DNA of 64,000 nt from an uncultured Thermus sp. GTDB lineage: Bacteria; Deinococcota; Deinococci; Deinococcales; Thermaceae. Positions 36,031-44,495 of the stretch are shown piece by piece (position 1 is the stretch's first letter; each line of letters opens with the position of its first letter). The stretch lies in the NCBI GenBank assembly GCA_947085095.1, contig CAMTVD010000013.1, positions 61,360 through 125,359 of the forward strand, in the 5' to 3' direction. Below the pieces are notes generated by a model. It did not search any database and had not been told where the DNA came from. It saw only the letters and a program-made list of their open reading frames with translations. A program made the position numbers and the translations under genes.

Positions 36031-38781
36031 CTAAAGGGTGGGGAAGTGGTCCTCGCCCGCATCTGGGCGCAGGGTCTGGACCTCTTTTAGCCACGCCTCC
36101 AGGACCTCCAGCTCCCTCCGGAAGACGTTCTTATCCTCCTCGTTGAAAGCGGGGTCCTCCAGGAGCCCTTTTCGCTTAGCAATGACCTCTGGCAATCCTG
36201 CCTTGAGCTCCTCCAGCTTGGCCTTGTTGCGGCGGCGTTCCGCTTCGGCCTTCTTTACCTGACTCTCTAGCTCTTTGAAGGAGAAGAAATCCTTCCGCAA
36301 CACCTCAAAGGCGCTAGCCGCCAAGTTCCCCAGAATGTGCCTCCTGGGCGTGCCCATCCGCCTGTCCAAGAAACCGTAGCCGTCTTCCTCCTTGGTGAGA
36401 AGGCCTAGAGCCCGGGCTTTGGTCCAGACGTGGGCCACTTCCTGCTCGGAGGGCTCGGGAAAGAGGTCCCCCATCCCGTTTTCCCACTCCCGGTGGATGT
36501 GGAAGCTGCGGTCTTGGCTTAGGGTCTCGTACTTTTCCCGGTAGATGTGAATCCCCCGCAGGACGAAAGCGGGAATGGAAGCCTCAATCTTGTAAAAGAG
36601 CACCCGTTTTCCGTCCCCGGTGGACACCCTTTGCAGGCGCATGCGGTCGTGGAGGTTGGAAGCGAAGAGGTTGATCACTTCCTCGCTGTCCACCAGGGGA
36701 TCGCTCCGGTCCGTGGCATCCTTTAGCCCTAGAATGTGCACCTGCTCCCTGTACCCAAGGCCGGGGTTGGAAACCCAGGCGTCCTCGTAGTCCCAAGCCG
36801 GGGCAGATATGGCGTCCAGCTCCCGGAAAGTGCGCTCCACCGCTTCCCAGAGATCCGGGTCCCTTTCCTTTTGTGCCAGCGCCCACCCCAACCATTCGGC
36901 CAGGGTGAACGTGGGCTCCTTGGGCAGGGCTTCCCTTATGGCCTGCTCCGGGTCCTTGAGAAGGGCCTCGAGGTCCCAGGCCACGGCATGGGGTGCGGCC
37001 CCAAGGACGCGATCCTCTTGGTCTACATAGGACGGAGGAAGGGTCAGGGTGAAGGGCTGGGCGTCCCTGCTTCCCATCTGGGGTTCCGCCTCTTGGCGAG
37101 CCAGCAAGTCGTGCAGGCGTTGCTTGAGGGAGTTGATGTCCCGGAGAAGGCCCTCAATCGCGGCAACCCAGTTCCCTGCGGCTTCAGCGCGCCCTATCTG
37201 GGTGCCCGTGGTTATAGCATTTTCAAAAAGACTTGACACCGTCTTCCTGGTCAGCACTTCGCGTTGAGATGACCGGTTAATAAGCATCGGTAAACCAGGG
37301 CGGTCATTAACTTCTCTTCTCAACCTGTCCCGCTGCTGATCCAATTTGCGTTCCAGCTCCTGGGCCCCCTCAACAAGCTTTTTCTGAAGTTCTCTTGCCT
37401 GTTGCAGAAGGTCCTCGAGGGCCCTCGTTACCCCTGCCAGACCCGTCTGCCGCATGCGAATGGCCTGGGCAACCTCCTCCTTCAATAGAGAAGTCACTTC
37501 TGATAGAGGGACCGCCCGGAGAACCCCTTCCTTGGCTTCCCCGAGAAGGCGTTCGGCATCGTTAAGGACTCCCGGGAGGAGCGCTCTGTCTTCTGCCGGC
37601 GAGCTTGAAACTGGAGGAGTACCGGGTTCTACCCCAGGGTCAAACGCTTCAAGTTCTTTCAGCTTGGCTAGGGCGTTGCTAGCGCGCCAGTCATAGTCCA
37701 AGTCCAGCAAATTCTTTACGTAGTCTTCCCTTGCCCTTTTCAAATACGTTCCCACAAGACGCCCCGGTTCAAAGCGGAGCTCTGCCGCACCAAAGCTGGC
37801 ATAGTGGGCGGTCTTCCCGTAGTACTTCCCCTTCTGCTCGTTCAGCTGGTGGACGATGTTGTCAAAGGTGTCCGCCTGCTCCTTTCCCAAGGGGCCGCCC
37901 AAGAGGTAGAGGCCGAGTCCCAGGAGCTCCATGAGATCGTCCACCTCGTTGAAAGTTTTGCCTGCCCGGTTTTGCCTGTTTACCAGGAAAACCATATCAA
38001 AGGGCTTCTTGCGGATTTCAATGTCTTTGCCCCCAAAGCGGTAGCGGTGCGTTCCCTGGAGGCTCATGAAGTGATCCAGCTCCTTGAGGGCAGCGTAAGC
38101 GTTGGCCTCCACGTTCTGGGTACCCGGACGGTTGACGTAGATATCGGGAAGGAGAAAGTAGCCAAATAGCTGGTCTTCATCCTTCATGAGATGGCGGAGA
38201 ACGAAGGCCACGTCCAAAAAGATGCCCGAACCCGTACCCCCGGCCAAGGACCCCACCAGGGCCACTGTGAGGTGGGGAGAAAAGGGCTCGTAGACATTGG
38301 CCAGGTCCGGTCGTGGCCGCTCGTCGCGGAAGTCCCTAGCCAAGGCTAGCAGGTCCCTGAGGTTTTCGTAAACGGTGGTGGCGTTGGCAAAAAGGGCCAA
38401 CCGCCCCAAGGCCCGGATCTGACCTGCGCCCGAGAGGATGTTGGCCTTGAGGTCGGCCTTGGGTGGGAACCACTCGCGGATCTCGTCGTGGACCTGGGGA
38501 AGGAGACTGGCGCCCCTGGCCTCAATCTGGAGGATTTCGTCGGCCCTCAAGCGGACGGGTTTGCTACCCTGGGGGGTCTTGGCCTCCAGGTGGTCGGTGT
38601 TAGCGCTGGTGGTATCAATAAGCAGATACTTGACCAGAGGGGGCTCCTCCCCAAAGGTTTCCAGGAAGCGCTTTTTGGCGTGAAGCAAGGCCTTTTTGCC
38701 CGTGCCTCCGAGGCCGATCAGCACGGTGCGCTTAAGCTTGCGGATGGCCGGCCCAGTGCGCTTCGGAGCGTTTTCGTTCAT
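36031..38781 (-). CDS. Tubulin/FtsZ-like GTPase (FtsZl1 / Tubulin_2 family) with long coiled-coil C-terminus
   Basis: LIGLGGTG, IDT, GAGQIRALGR, tubulin signature GSLAGGTGSG, NAYAALKEL; GGAGG RBS. Confidence 0.88.
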   Translation of the reverse strand: MNENAPKRTGPAIRKLKRTVLIGLGGTGKKALLHAKKRFLETFGEEPPLVKYLLIDTTSANTDHLEAKTPQGSKPVRLRADEILQIEARGASLLPQVHDEIREWFPPKADLKANILSGAGQIRALGRLALFANATTVYENLRDLLALARDFRDERPRPDLANVYEPFSPHLTVALVGSLAGGTGSGIFLDVAFVLRHLMKDEDQLFGYFLLPDIYVNRPGTQNVEANAYAALKELDHFMSLQGTHRYRFGGKDIEIRKKPFDMVFLVNRQNRAGKTFNEVDDLMELLGLGLYLLGGPLGKEQADTFDNIVHQLNEQKGKYYGKTAHYASFGAAELRFEPGRLVGTYLKRAREDYVKNLLDLDYDWRASNALAKLKELEAFDPGVEPGTPPVSSSPAEDRALLPGVLNDAERLLGEAKEGVLRAVPLSEVTSLLKEEVAQAIRMRQTGLAGVTRALEDLLQQARELQKKLVEGAQELERKLDQQRDRLRREVNDRPGLPMLINRSSQREVLTRKTVSSLFENAITTGTQIGRAEAAGNWVAAIEGLLRDINSLKQRLHDLLARQEAEPQMGSRDAQPFTLTLPPSYVDQEDRVLGAAPHAVAWDLEALLKDPEQAIREALPKEPTFTLAEWLGWALAQKERDPDLWEAVERTFRELDAISAPAWDYEDAWVSNPGLGYREQVHILGLKDATDRSDPLVDSEEVINLFASNLHDRMRLQRVSTGDGKRVLFYKIEASIPAFVLRGIHIYREKYETLSQDRSFHIHREWENGMGDLFPEPSEQEVAHVWTKARALGLLTKEEDGYGFLDRRMGTPRRHILGNLAASAFEVLRKDFFSFKELESQVKKAEAERRRNKAKLEELKAGLPEVIAKRKGLLEDPAFNEEDKNVFRRELEVLEAWLKEVQTLRPDAGEDHFPTL

Positions 38782-38785
38782 TTCC

Positions 38786-40492
38786 TTACCTCCTGTTTAG
38801 GCTCAAGGAGCCCAACTCCTTCTTGCCGAAGGCATCTTTGAAAGTATAGGTTGTTTTCCAATCCAGAGGCTCACCCCTGGAATCCTCGAGGTTAACCGGG
38901 ATTCTTCCTTCTTCGTAAACCGAAACATGGGGTGGCAGTTTCAAGAGGTAGGGTCTTCCGTTCTTTTGGCCTATCTCCACCCCCTGCAAGGTCTCTTCAC
39001 GAAAAACTTGGCCAACGTCTACCCGGCCCCGAAGGCTTGCTTTCTGTTCCTGGCATCCCTTTTCCGGTGAGCTCACGAACGTGGCCGTAGCCCATGGCTG
39101 TTGCGAGCGCCATAGCCACCAAAGAAGCCCGAGAAGCAAGAGCAAAAGGAGGAGCGCTAGCCACCAGAACCTATTTAGCCAGTCCCATAGGGTCATGGGC
39201 TGGCTTACGGGGGGCAGGGTTTCTGGTGCCTGGACGACGCTACCCTGAGGGGCTACCACCTCTAGCCTTGGCGCTTGCGTTACCCCAGCGCCCAGCCCGG
39301 TGTTTTTAAGCGCTATGGTTAGCTCTTCTCCGGCCTGCACCTGTGCGGGCCCTGGTTGGCCGTTGAGGGTGGCCTCGAGGCCCTTCGGAGTCTTCACGTT
39401 GACTGTGACAGCTTCCTTCGCCCAAGCGTTGCCCTGGACTCTGTAGCTCAGGGTAGCCGATTCCCCTGGGGAAAGTTCCAGCTTTTCCGGAACAGCCACA
39501 GGAACAAGGGTGTATTCCCCAGGAGGATGAAAGGCGAACCGGACCGGAATCACCTGTGGTCGCACCACGGTGTTGCTGGGGGCGTTCACGCAAAGCCATC
39601 CTTCGTACGTTCCCGGTGCCAAGCTTTCCCCGTTTCTAAGACGGAAGGATAGGGTAACGCTGTCCCTTGCGGGGAGAGCTTGAGGAGATATCTGCAAGAA
39701 GGCCCCAGCTTGCTCTAGCGCCGGGATTTCCGTAGCTAAGGAAAGGTTGCTCGCAGCCCCCTTGGTTTCTATCTGGATATCACGCTCAGCCTGCCCTTTA
39801 CCCCAGAGATTGCCCAGATCTAAGCGGGCGGGTCTGAGGACCACCTCGCTTAGCGTTGGGACTTCGTTTGGCGGAGCCTCGAGGACCCGGGCATTTGGCA
39901 CCGCAGCGAGGGAGCCCAGCACCTCTTTCGGGGCCGATATGCCGAGGCTAATGTAGAACAACCAGTCATAGGGGCCCCGCCTCAGCTGATAGCGCTTGGT
40001 GACGTCGTGGATGGTGTAGGGACCAGGATCGTTATCTCTTCCGTCAGTGAAGACGTACACGCTGTAGGCTTCGTTGGGGCGCCGGAGCTTTTCTAGGCGA
40101 TCGAGGACGCTAAGAAGTGTCCTGTAAAGGTACGTTTGAGAACCCGTGGCCTTTAGAGACTCCAGATACTGCAGGAAGGCCTCTTTTTCCTCAGGAACAG
40201 AGAAGGTGCGGCTGACTCCTGGGCCTGCATCAAAAGGCTGAACCGTGATCCGGCTTCCGGGAGGAATCTGTTCAGCAAACCGTTTGAGTTCCCTTTTGAC
40301 GTGGGGGAAGATAACCCGGCCTTTCCCATCACCCAAACCCATCATGGAAGCCGAGGTGTCCAGGATGAACACGTAATGGAAACGCTCTGGGACCACTGCT
40401 GGCTGAGGTGAGGCGGGCCCTTTAGGAGGGCAGGGTGCAGCGAGGCCCGCCAAGCTTAGGCCGACAACCATAGCCATGAGAACTGGCTTCAT
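38786..40492 (-). CDS. Membrane-anchored von Willebrand factor A (vWA) domain protein
   Basis: Signal peptide MKPVLMAMVVGLSLAGLA; MIDAS DTSAS...T...VFTDG; beta-rich Ig-like middle; TM WWLALLLLLLLLGLLWWLW; ~100-aa cytoplasmic tail; GGAGG RBS. Confidence 0.85.
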   Translation of the reverse strand: MKPVLMAMVVGLSLAGLAAPCPPKGPASPQPAVVPERFHYVFILDTSASMMGLGDGKGRVIFPHVKRELKRFAEQIPPGSRITVQPFDAGPGVSRTFSVPEEKEAFLQYLESLKATGSQTYLYRTLLSVLDRLEKLRRPNEAYSVYVFTDGRDNDPGPYTIHDVTKRYQLRRGPYDWLFYISLGISAPKEVLGSLAAVPNARVLEAPPNEVPTLSEVVLRPARLDLGNLWGKGQAERDIQIETKGAASNLSLATEIPALEQAGAFLQISPQALPARDSVTLSFRLRNGESLAPGTYEGWLCVNAPSNTVVRPQVIPVRFAFHPPGEYTLVPVAVPEKLELSPGESATLSYRVQGNAWAKEAVTVNVKTPKGLEATLNGQPGPAQVQAGEELTIALKNTGLGAGVTQAPRLEVVAPQGSVVQAPETLPPVSQPMTLWDWLNRFWWLALLLLLLLLGLLWWLWRSQQPWATATFVSSPEKGCQEQKASLRGRVDVGQVFREETLQGVEIGQKNGRPYLLKLPPHVSVYEEGRIPVNLEDSRGEPLDWKTTYTFKDAFGKKELGSLSLNRR

Positions 40493-40605
40493 AAGCCTCC
40501 AACCTCCCCTAGTCTAGTTTAGGGAGCTGGCCTTGGCCCCTGGTGACATTTGACCATGGGCTACTCCCTAGATGCCCTCCTTTCTGGCCGGTTGTGCGAA
40601 GGTAT

Positions 40606-40917
40606 TCACCCCCACCCTAGCACCCGTTTGGCCCTTTCGGAAAGGCGGGCGGGCGTCCAGGGCGGGTCAAAGGTGAGCTCTACCCGGACCTCCTCCACCC
40701 CGGGGATGCGGGAGAGGGCCTGGCGGACGGCATCCCCCATGCTGTCGTGGAGGGGGCAGCCCGGGGTGGTAAGGGTCATGCGCACGTGGGCCCGGGGCGG
40801 ATCCACCTTGACCTCGTAGATCAGCCCCAGGTTCACCACATCTAGTCCCAGCTCGGGGTCATAGACGTTTTCCAGTAGAGCCCAGGCTTGCGCTTCCAAG
40901 GGGTTTATCTCGTTCAT
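40606..40917 (-). CDS. DUF59 / SufT-like Fe-S cluster assembly factor
   Basis: [35 protein letters not shown]; start ATG 40917 overlaps upstream TGA (ORF-track N-extension spurious). Confidence 0.9.
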   Translation of the reverse strand: MNEINPLEAQAWALLENVYDPELGLDVVNLGLIYEVKVDPPRAHVRMTLTTPGCPLHDSMGDAVRQALSRIPGVEEVRVELTFDPPWTPARLSERAKRVLGWG

Positions 40918-42065
40918 CGCCGCATCACCTCCAAAAGAGCGTAAAGGTGGGGCAGGGTACCCAGCAGGTAAAGCCAGGCGGCACCAGGCAGAAAGGGGGT
41001 CAGGAGGGCTCCCAGGACGAAGAGTCCGCCGGCCAGGTAGGCGGCTCCTTCGGGAAGCATCTCCTTGAGGAGGGGGACGCGCTCCTTCCCGGCCCGTGGG
41101 GCGTAGCGGTGGGTCCAGACCAGGAAGGGAAGGATCTTGTAGAGCATCCCCGTGACCACCAGGCCCACGAAGCCCAGAGCGAACCAGTAAGCGGCCGCCA
41201 GGGAGCGGAAGGGGAGGGCCAGCAGGGCCAGGCCCAGAAAAGCCAGACCCACCAGGTAATGCTGGACGCCCAGGTCCAGGGGGCGCTTCATGCGGTTTTT
41301 CAGGATGCGATGGGTGTCGTAAAGGGCGAGGAGGTAGGTCGCGAAGAGGAGGAGGTAGCCCAGCCACTCGCCGAGGAGGAGGCCCAGTAGCCCCAGGTTG
41401 GCGGTCCAAAGGAGGAGGCCGAGGGCACCCTCGTCTACCCCATGGGTAAGGGTAAACATGGACACCAGCTTGTACCCCACGCCCAGGATGGAGAGGAGGA
41501 AAATCCCCACGAAGCCCAAAAGGACGTGCCATAGAAAGCGGTCGGGATCGTAGGAGCCGTAGCGCTGGGTGAGGCTCTGAAAGAGGCCCAGGACGGGAGT
41601 CAAGACCAGGTAGAGAACCACCCAGGCCAAGGCGGTGGCCACGCGGTTCCAGCGGGGGGCCATGCGAAAGGTGCGGAGCATATGGTAGGCGAAGAAGCTA
41701 AGCCCCAAAAGAGCAAGACCTCCCCCCCAAGGGACCAGGGCCGGGTTCCAGGCGAAGCCGGTGGCCAGGAGGACGGTGCCCAAACCCCAGAGGAGCATGA
41801 CCGGGTAGCCCCAGATGTGGCGGTAAAGGGGAGCCTCGAGGACCACGGGCACAAGCTGGTGCATGGCTCCCAGCAGAACCCCCACCCCGAAGCCCAGGAG
41901 GAGGAGGTGGGCCATGGCTAAGCCCAGAGGATGCCGGGGGATGGTGAGGGCCTCGGGGTGGAGGGTGAAGAGCAGGGCGAAGGCCAGGAGAAACGCCTCC
42001 CCCAGGAAGAAGAAACCCACGGGGATGGACAGGGGAATGGTGCGGTTCTTGGCGGTGACGATCAC
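40914..42065 (-). CDS. Polytopic membrane protein with conserved His/Trp motifs (NnrS / heme-copper oxidase subunit-I-like family)
   Basis: ~12 TM segments, AHLLLLGF...[30 protein letters not shown]. Confidence 0.6.
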   Translation of the reverse strand: MIVTAKNRTIPLSIPVGFFFLGEAFLLAFALLFTLHPEALTIPRHPLGLAMAHLLLLGFGVGVLLGAMHQLVPVVLEAPLYRHIWGYPVMLLWGLGTVLLATGFAWNPALVPWGGGLALLGLSFFAYHMLRTFRMAPRWNRVATALAWVVLYLVLTPVLGLFQSLTQRYGSYDPDRFLWHVLLGFVGIFLLSILGVGYKLVSMFTLTHGVDEGALGLLLWTANLGLLGLLLGEWLGYLLLFATYLLALYDTHRILKNRMKRPLDLGVQHYLVGLAFLGLALLALPFRSLAAAYWFALGFVGLVVTGMLYKILPFLVWTHRYAPRAGKERVPLLKEMLPEGAAYLAGGLFVLGALLTPFLPGAAWLYLLGTLPHLYALLEVMRR

Positions 42066-42099
42066 GTCTTCAGCGTGCAGGCCACCCCGGGCCTAGGCC

Positions 42100-42113
42100 A
42101 TGACCTGGGTCAT
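42100..42113 (-). promoter_or_regulatory. FNR/DNR-like box ATGACCCAGGTCAT centred near -41.5 of a leaderless promoter
   Basis: 22 nt to -10 CACGCT (42072-42077), then 6 nt to GTG 42065. Confidence 0.7.
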
Positions 42114-42114
42114 C

Positions 42115-42951
42115 TCAGCGCCCGGGGGGAAGGAGGGTGAGGCGGTCCCCCTCCTTGACCGGGGTGGCAAGGCCCCCCAGGTAGTTCACGTCACGCCCAT
42201 TCAGCAAAAGGGCCCAGCGGGGGCGCAAGCGCCAGAGGACCTTGGCCTCCGTCCAAAGCCCCACCTCCTCTTCACTCGGGATCCCCTCCAGGGCCACGTC
42301 CCGCAGGGTGGGGTTCACGGTCAGGACCTTGGCCAAGGCCTCGCCCGCCGTGGCCGCCCTTAGGTCTAAGGGCTCGGGCTGGGCCGGGTGGGCCAGGCCC
42401 AGGGCCTGGAACTGGACCCCATGGGCCCCTTCTTTGAGGGCGAGGGCGGCGTCGTACCCCTTGCGCATCACCTCCTCTTGGCCCGAGAGGTAGACGAGCC
42501 AGGGGCGCACGTCCCGTACCCTTTCCGCCACGTAGCGGGCCACCAGGGCGAAGGAGAGGCCCACGTACTCCGGGGGGATGTGGGCCCGCTTGGGGCCCAG
42601 GCCCCCGTGCCAGAGCCCCGCCCGGTACACCTCCCGGGCGAACTCCGTGGAGGTGTCCACCCCGATGGTGCGGGCCAGCCAGGCGCTGAAGAAGGCCCGC
42701 CGCAGGTAAAGCTCTCCCTCGGGCACCCGGCCCTCCCAGCCCAGGGCCTTGGCGGTGCCCGGGTGGCGGCTCAGGTGGTCGTACACCCCGGCCACGAAGG
42801 CGGCGGCCCCTTCCAGAAGCCGCTCGGCCTCGAGGCGCATGGCCCGCTGGGTTTCCGTGTCCAGGCCGCCGAAGGCCAGGAGGTCGGCGAAGGTTTCCTC
42901 CGGAAGGGGTGGCAGCTCCAAGAGGGCTTCCTCCATCCTGGTTTCGGTCAT
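42115..42951 (-). CDS. Protoglobin/globin-sensor domain fused to MoaD/ThiS-like domain
   Basis: Globin-sensor pattern FV-x2-VYDHL, W-L-x-R, AGLWH, HIPPEYV; C-term LLLNGRDV-x-YL-x-GL-x-TPVKEGD-x-L-x-LLPP. Confidence 0.75.
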   Translation of the reverse strand: MTETRMEEALLELPPLPEETFADLLAFGGLDTETQRAMRLEAERLLEGAAAFVAGVYDHLSRHPGTAKALGWEGRVPEGELYLRRAFFSAWLARTIGVDTSTEFAREVYRAGLWHGGLGPKRAHIPPEYVGLSFALVARYVAERVRDVRPWLVYLSGQEEVMRKGYDAALALKEGAHGVQFQALGLAHPAQPEPLDLRAATAGEALAKVLTVNPTLRDVALEGIPSEEEVGLWTEAKVLWRLRPRWALLLNGRDVNYLGGLATPVKEGDRLTLLPPGR

Positions 42952-43385
42952 CTCCCCCTCCTTTCCCGCGTTTCGCGCATTTTCCTCAGCATATCCGCGG
43001 TCACCACCCGCTTGGTCAGGGCGTAGGCAAAGACCAGGGTGGCCAGGAATTGCAGGGCACCCGAGAGGCCGAGCCAGGGCCTAAGTCCCATCTGTCCGCC
43101 CAGATAGAGGGGCTCCAGAAGGAGCCTGAGGAGAAGGCCGGCGTTGAGGAGGATGAAGGTGAGGCCCTCGAGGCCCTCCTGCCTAAGCCCCCCGGGCCTC
43201 GGCATCATCCAGTAGGCCACGCCCATGACCATCTGCAGGAAGAAGCCCACCAGGCCGGCGTGGACGTGGCTTGGGCGAAAGGGGCCTACCAGGCCAGGGG
43301 AGAGGTAGAAGAGGGTTCCCAAAAAAGCGGCGTAGACCAGGTAGAAGAGGGCGGCCCGGACGAAGAGAAAGTGCCAGAAGCCCAT
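42948..43385 (-). CDS. Small membrane protein (4 TM, HVHAGLVGF motif)
   Basis: H-x-H-x2-LVGF-x2-QM-x-MGVAYWM-x-PR; translationally coupled to neighbours. Confidence 0.65.
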   Translation of the reverse strand: MGFWHFLFVRAALFYLVYAAFLGTLFYLSPGLVGPFRPSHVHAGLVGFFLQMVMGVAYWMMPRPGGLRQEGLEGLTFILLNAGLLLRLLLEPLYLGGQMGLRPWLGLSGALQFLATLVFAYALTKRVVTADMLRKMRETRERRGR

Positions 43386-44212
43386 CAGCCCCCTTTCCGA
43401 ATCAAGAGCTTCACCTGCCCGGGGCCGAGGTCCCTGAGGGTGTAGGCGTGCCCTTCCTCCTCCAGGCGGGCCAGGAGGTGGATGGGGCGGCGCACGTGGT
43501 GGACGAGAAGCTTTTCCCCGGGCTTCAGGGTTGCCAGGGCCTCGAGGACCCGCATCATGGGCAGAGGGGGCTCCAAGTTCTCCTCAATGAAGACCTCGGC
43601 CTGGGTGTCCTCCCAGTCGGCCTCGGTGAGGGCGGCCGCGGGGCGCCCTTCGCCCTTTTTCCCGCCCCCCACCTCCCGGCGGTAGAAGTGGGCCCGGTAG
43701 TGCCCTTCCCCCACCCGCTCGCACCAGGGGAGAAAGCCCTGCTTGGCCAGGACCTGGTAGAGGGGAATGGGCTCAAAGAGCACCTCCAGGACAAGCCTCT
43801 CCCCAGGTTTCACCTCCTTGGCGGCGGCCATGATGCGCTGGAAGGGCTCCCCGCCCGCCTCGAGGACGGGCCGCACGTCCAGGTGGAACCCCACGGGGGC
43901 GGAGAGCCAGGCGGGGGGCGGGGTCCCGAGGAGGCTCTCCGCTCCTCCCCCGCCCCCCTGGGGGGCAGCCTCCACCCCCAGGGCCCGGTTGAGGCGCGCC
44001 ACCAGCTCTTCCGGCTCCAGGCCCCCGATCCTCGCCGCCTGGGCCACGGTCACCAGGCGGGGCATGGTGCGGCGGAGGAGGGGGTTCTTGAGCCTCTGGA
44101 AGGCGGGGCTCGCCTCCAGAAAGACCTGGAGAAGGTGGGGCCAGCGCCTCAGGACCTCCGCCACCCTCATCTCGGGGTGGACTATTCCTTCTTGGCGATC
44201 CTGACCCGCCAT
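43385..44212 (-). CDS. drpB: DUF1858 + two DUF2249 domain protein, probable DrpB
   Basis: M-x-VAEVL-x2-WP-x-L-x2-VF (DUF1858); LDVRP-x-L-x2-GGEPF, FEPIPLY; LEPPLPM, HH-x-RRP-x-HL; second gene downstream of narT; start uncertain. Confidence 0.6.
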   Translation of the reverse strand: MAGQDRQEGIVHPEMRVAEVLRRWPHLLQVFLEASPAFQRLKNPLLRRTMPRLVTVAQAARIGGLEPEELVARLNRALGVEAAPQGGGGGAESLLGTPPPAWLSAPVGFHLDVRPVLEAGGEPFQRIMAAAKEVKPGERLVLEVLFEPIPLYQVLAKQGFLPWCERVGEGHYRAHFYRREVGGGKKGEGRPAAALTEADWEDTQAEVFIEENLEPPLPMMRVLEALATLKPGEKLLVHHVRRPIHLLARLEEEGHAYTLRDLGPGQVKLLIRKGG

Positions 44213-44403
44213 ACCTCCGGACCCTCCTCCAGGTAGCTCCAGTCCACCTGGCCGGGGCGCTCGGCCTGGAACTGGTAGTAGAGGGGCTTCGGGTCGTGGT
44301 CGTTGACGAGGACGAAGCCTTCGCCGGGCATCAGCCTGTCAAAGAGGGCGAAGATCCTGGGGTGCCTCTCGCGGGGTGGGATCTGACGGACGTCCAGCTC
44401 CAT
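44182..44403 (-). CDS. drpA: DUF2249 domain protein, probable DrpA
   Basis: MELDVRQIPPRERHPRIF...LVNDHDPKPLYYQF...LEEGPEVWRVRI; first gene after nar operon; start ATG 44403. Confidence 0.65.
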   Translation of the reverse strand: MELDVRQIPPRERHPRIFALFDRLMPGEGFVLVNDHDPKPLYYQFQAERPGQVDWSYLEEGPEVWRVRIAKKE

Positions 44404-44440
44404 ACCTCCTTCAGCCTGGCGTTCCCGGCTTCCGGGGTCC

Positions 44441-44454
44441 ATGACCTGCGTCAA
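44441..44454 (-). promoter_or_regulatory. FNR/DNR-like box TTGACGCAGGTCAT upstream of drpA
   Basis: 22 nt to -10 CAGGCT (44413-44418). Confidence 0.7.
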
Positions 44455-44477
44455 AAAGGGGGGCGCACGCCCCCCTT
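44453..44477 (-). terminator. Rho-independent terminator of the nar operon
   Basis: AAGGGGGGCG-TG-CGCCCCCCTT hairpin ending in TTTTT on minus strand just after narT stop. Confidence 0.8.
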
Positions 44478-44495
44478 CCGAGCCCAGATGCCCAT

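Noticed and set aside
40543..40556. GAC-N4-like box upstream of the vWA operon (anoxic control of the island)
   Set aside because: Second half-site does not match and spacing to TAAACT is 21 nt; insufficient support
40918..41532. ORF-track N-terminal extensions (DUF59 308 aa, MTase to 29637, SNF2 to 32437, nirM to 59970, nirJ to 61019, paaD to 7287)
   Set aside because: They overlap upstream genes or promoters; better starts with RBS, -10 or stop-start overlap exist downstream
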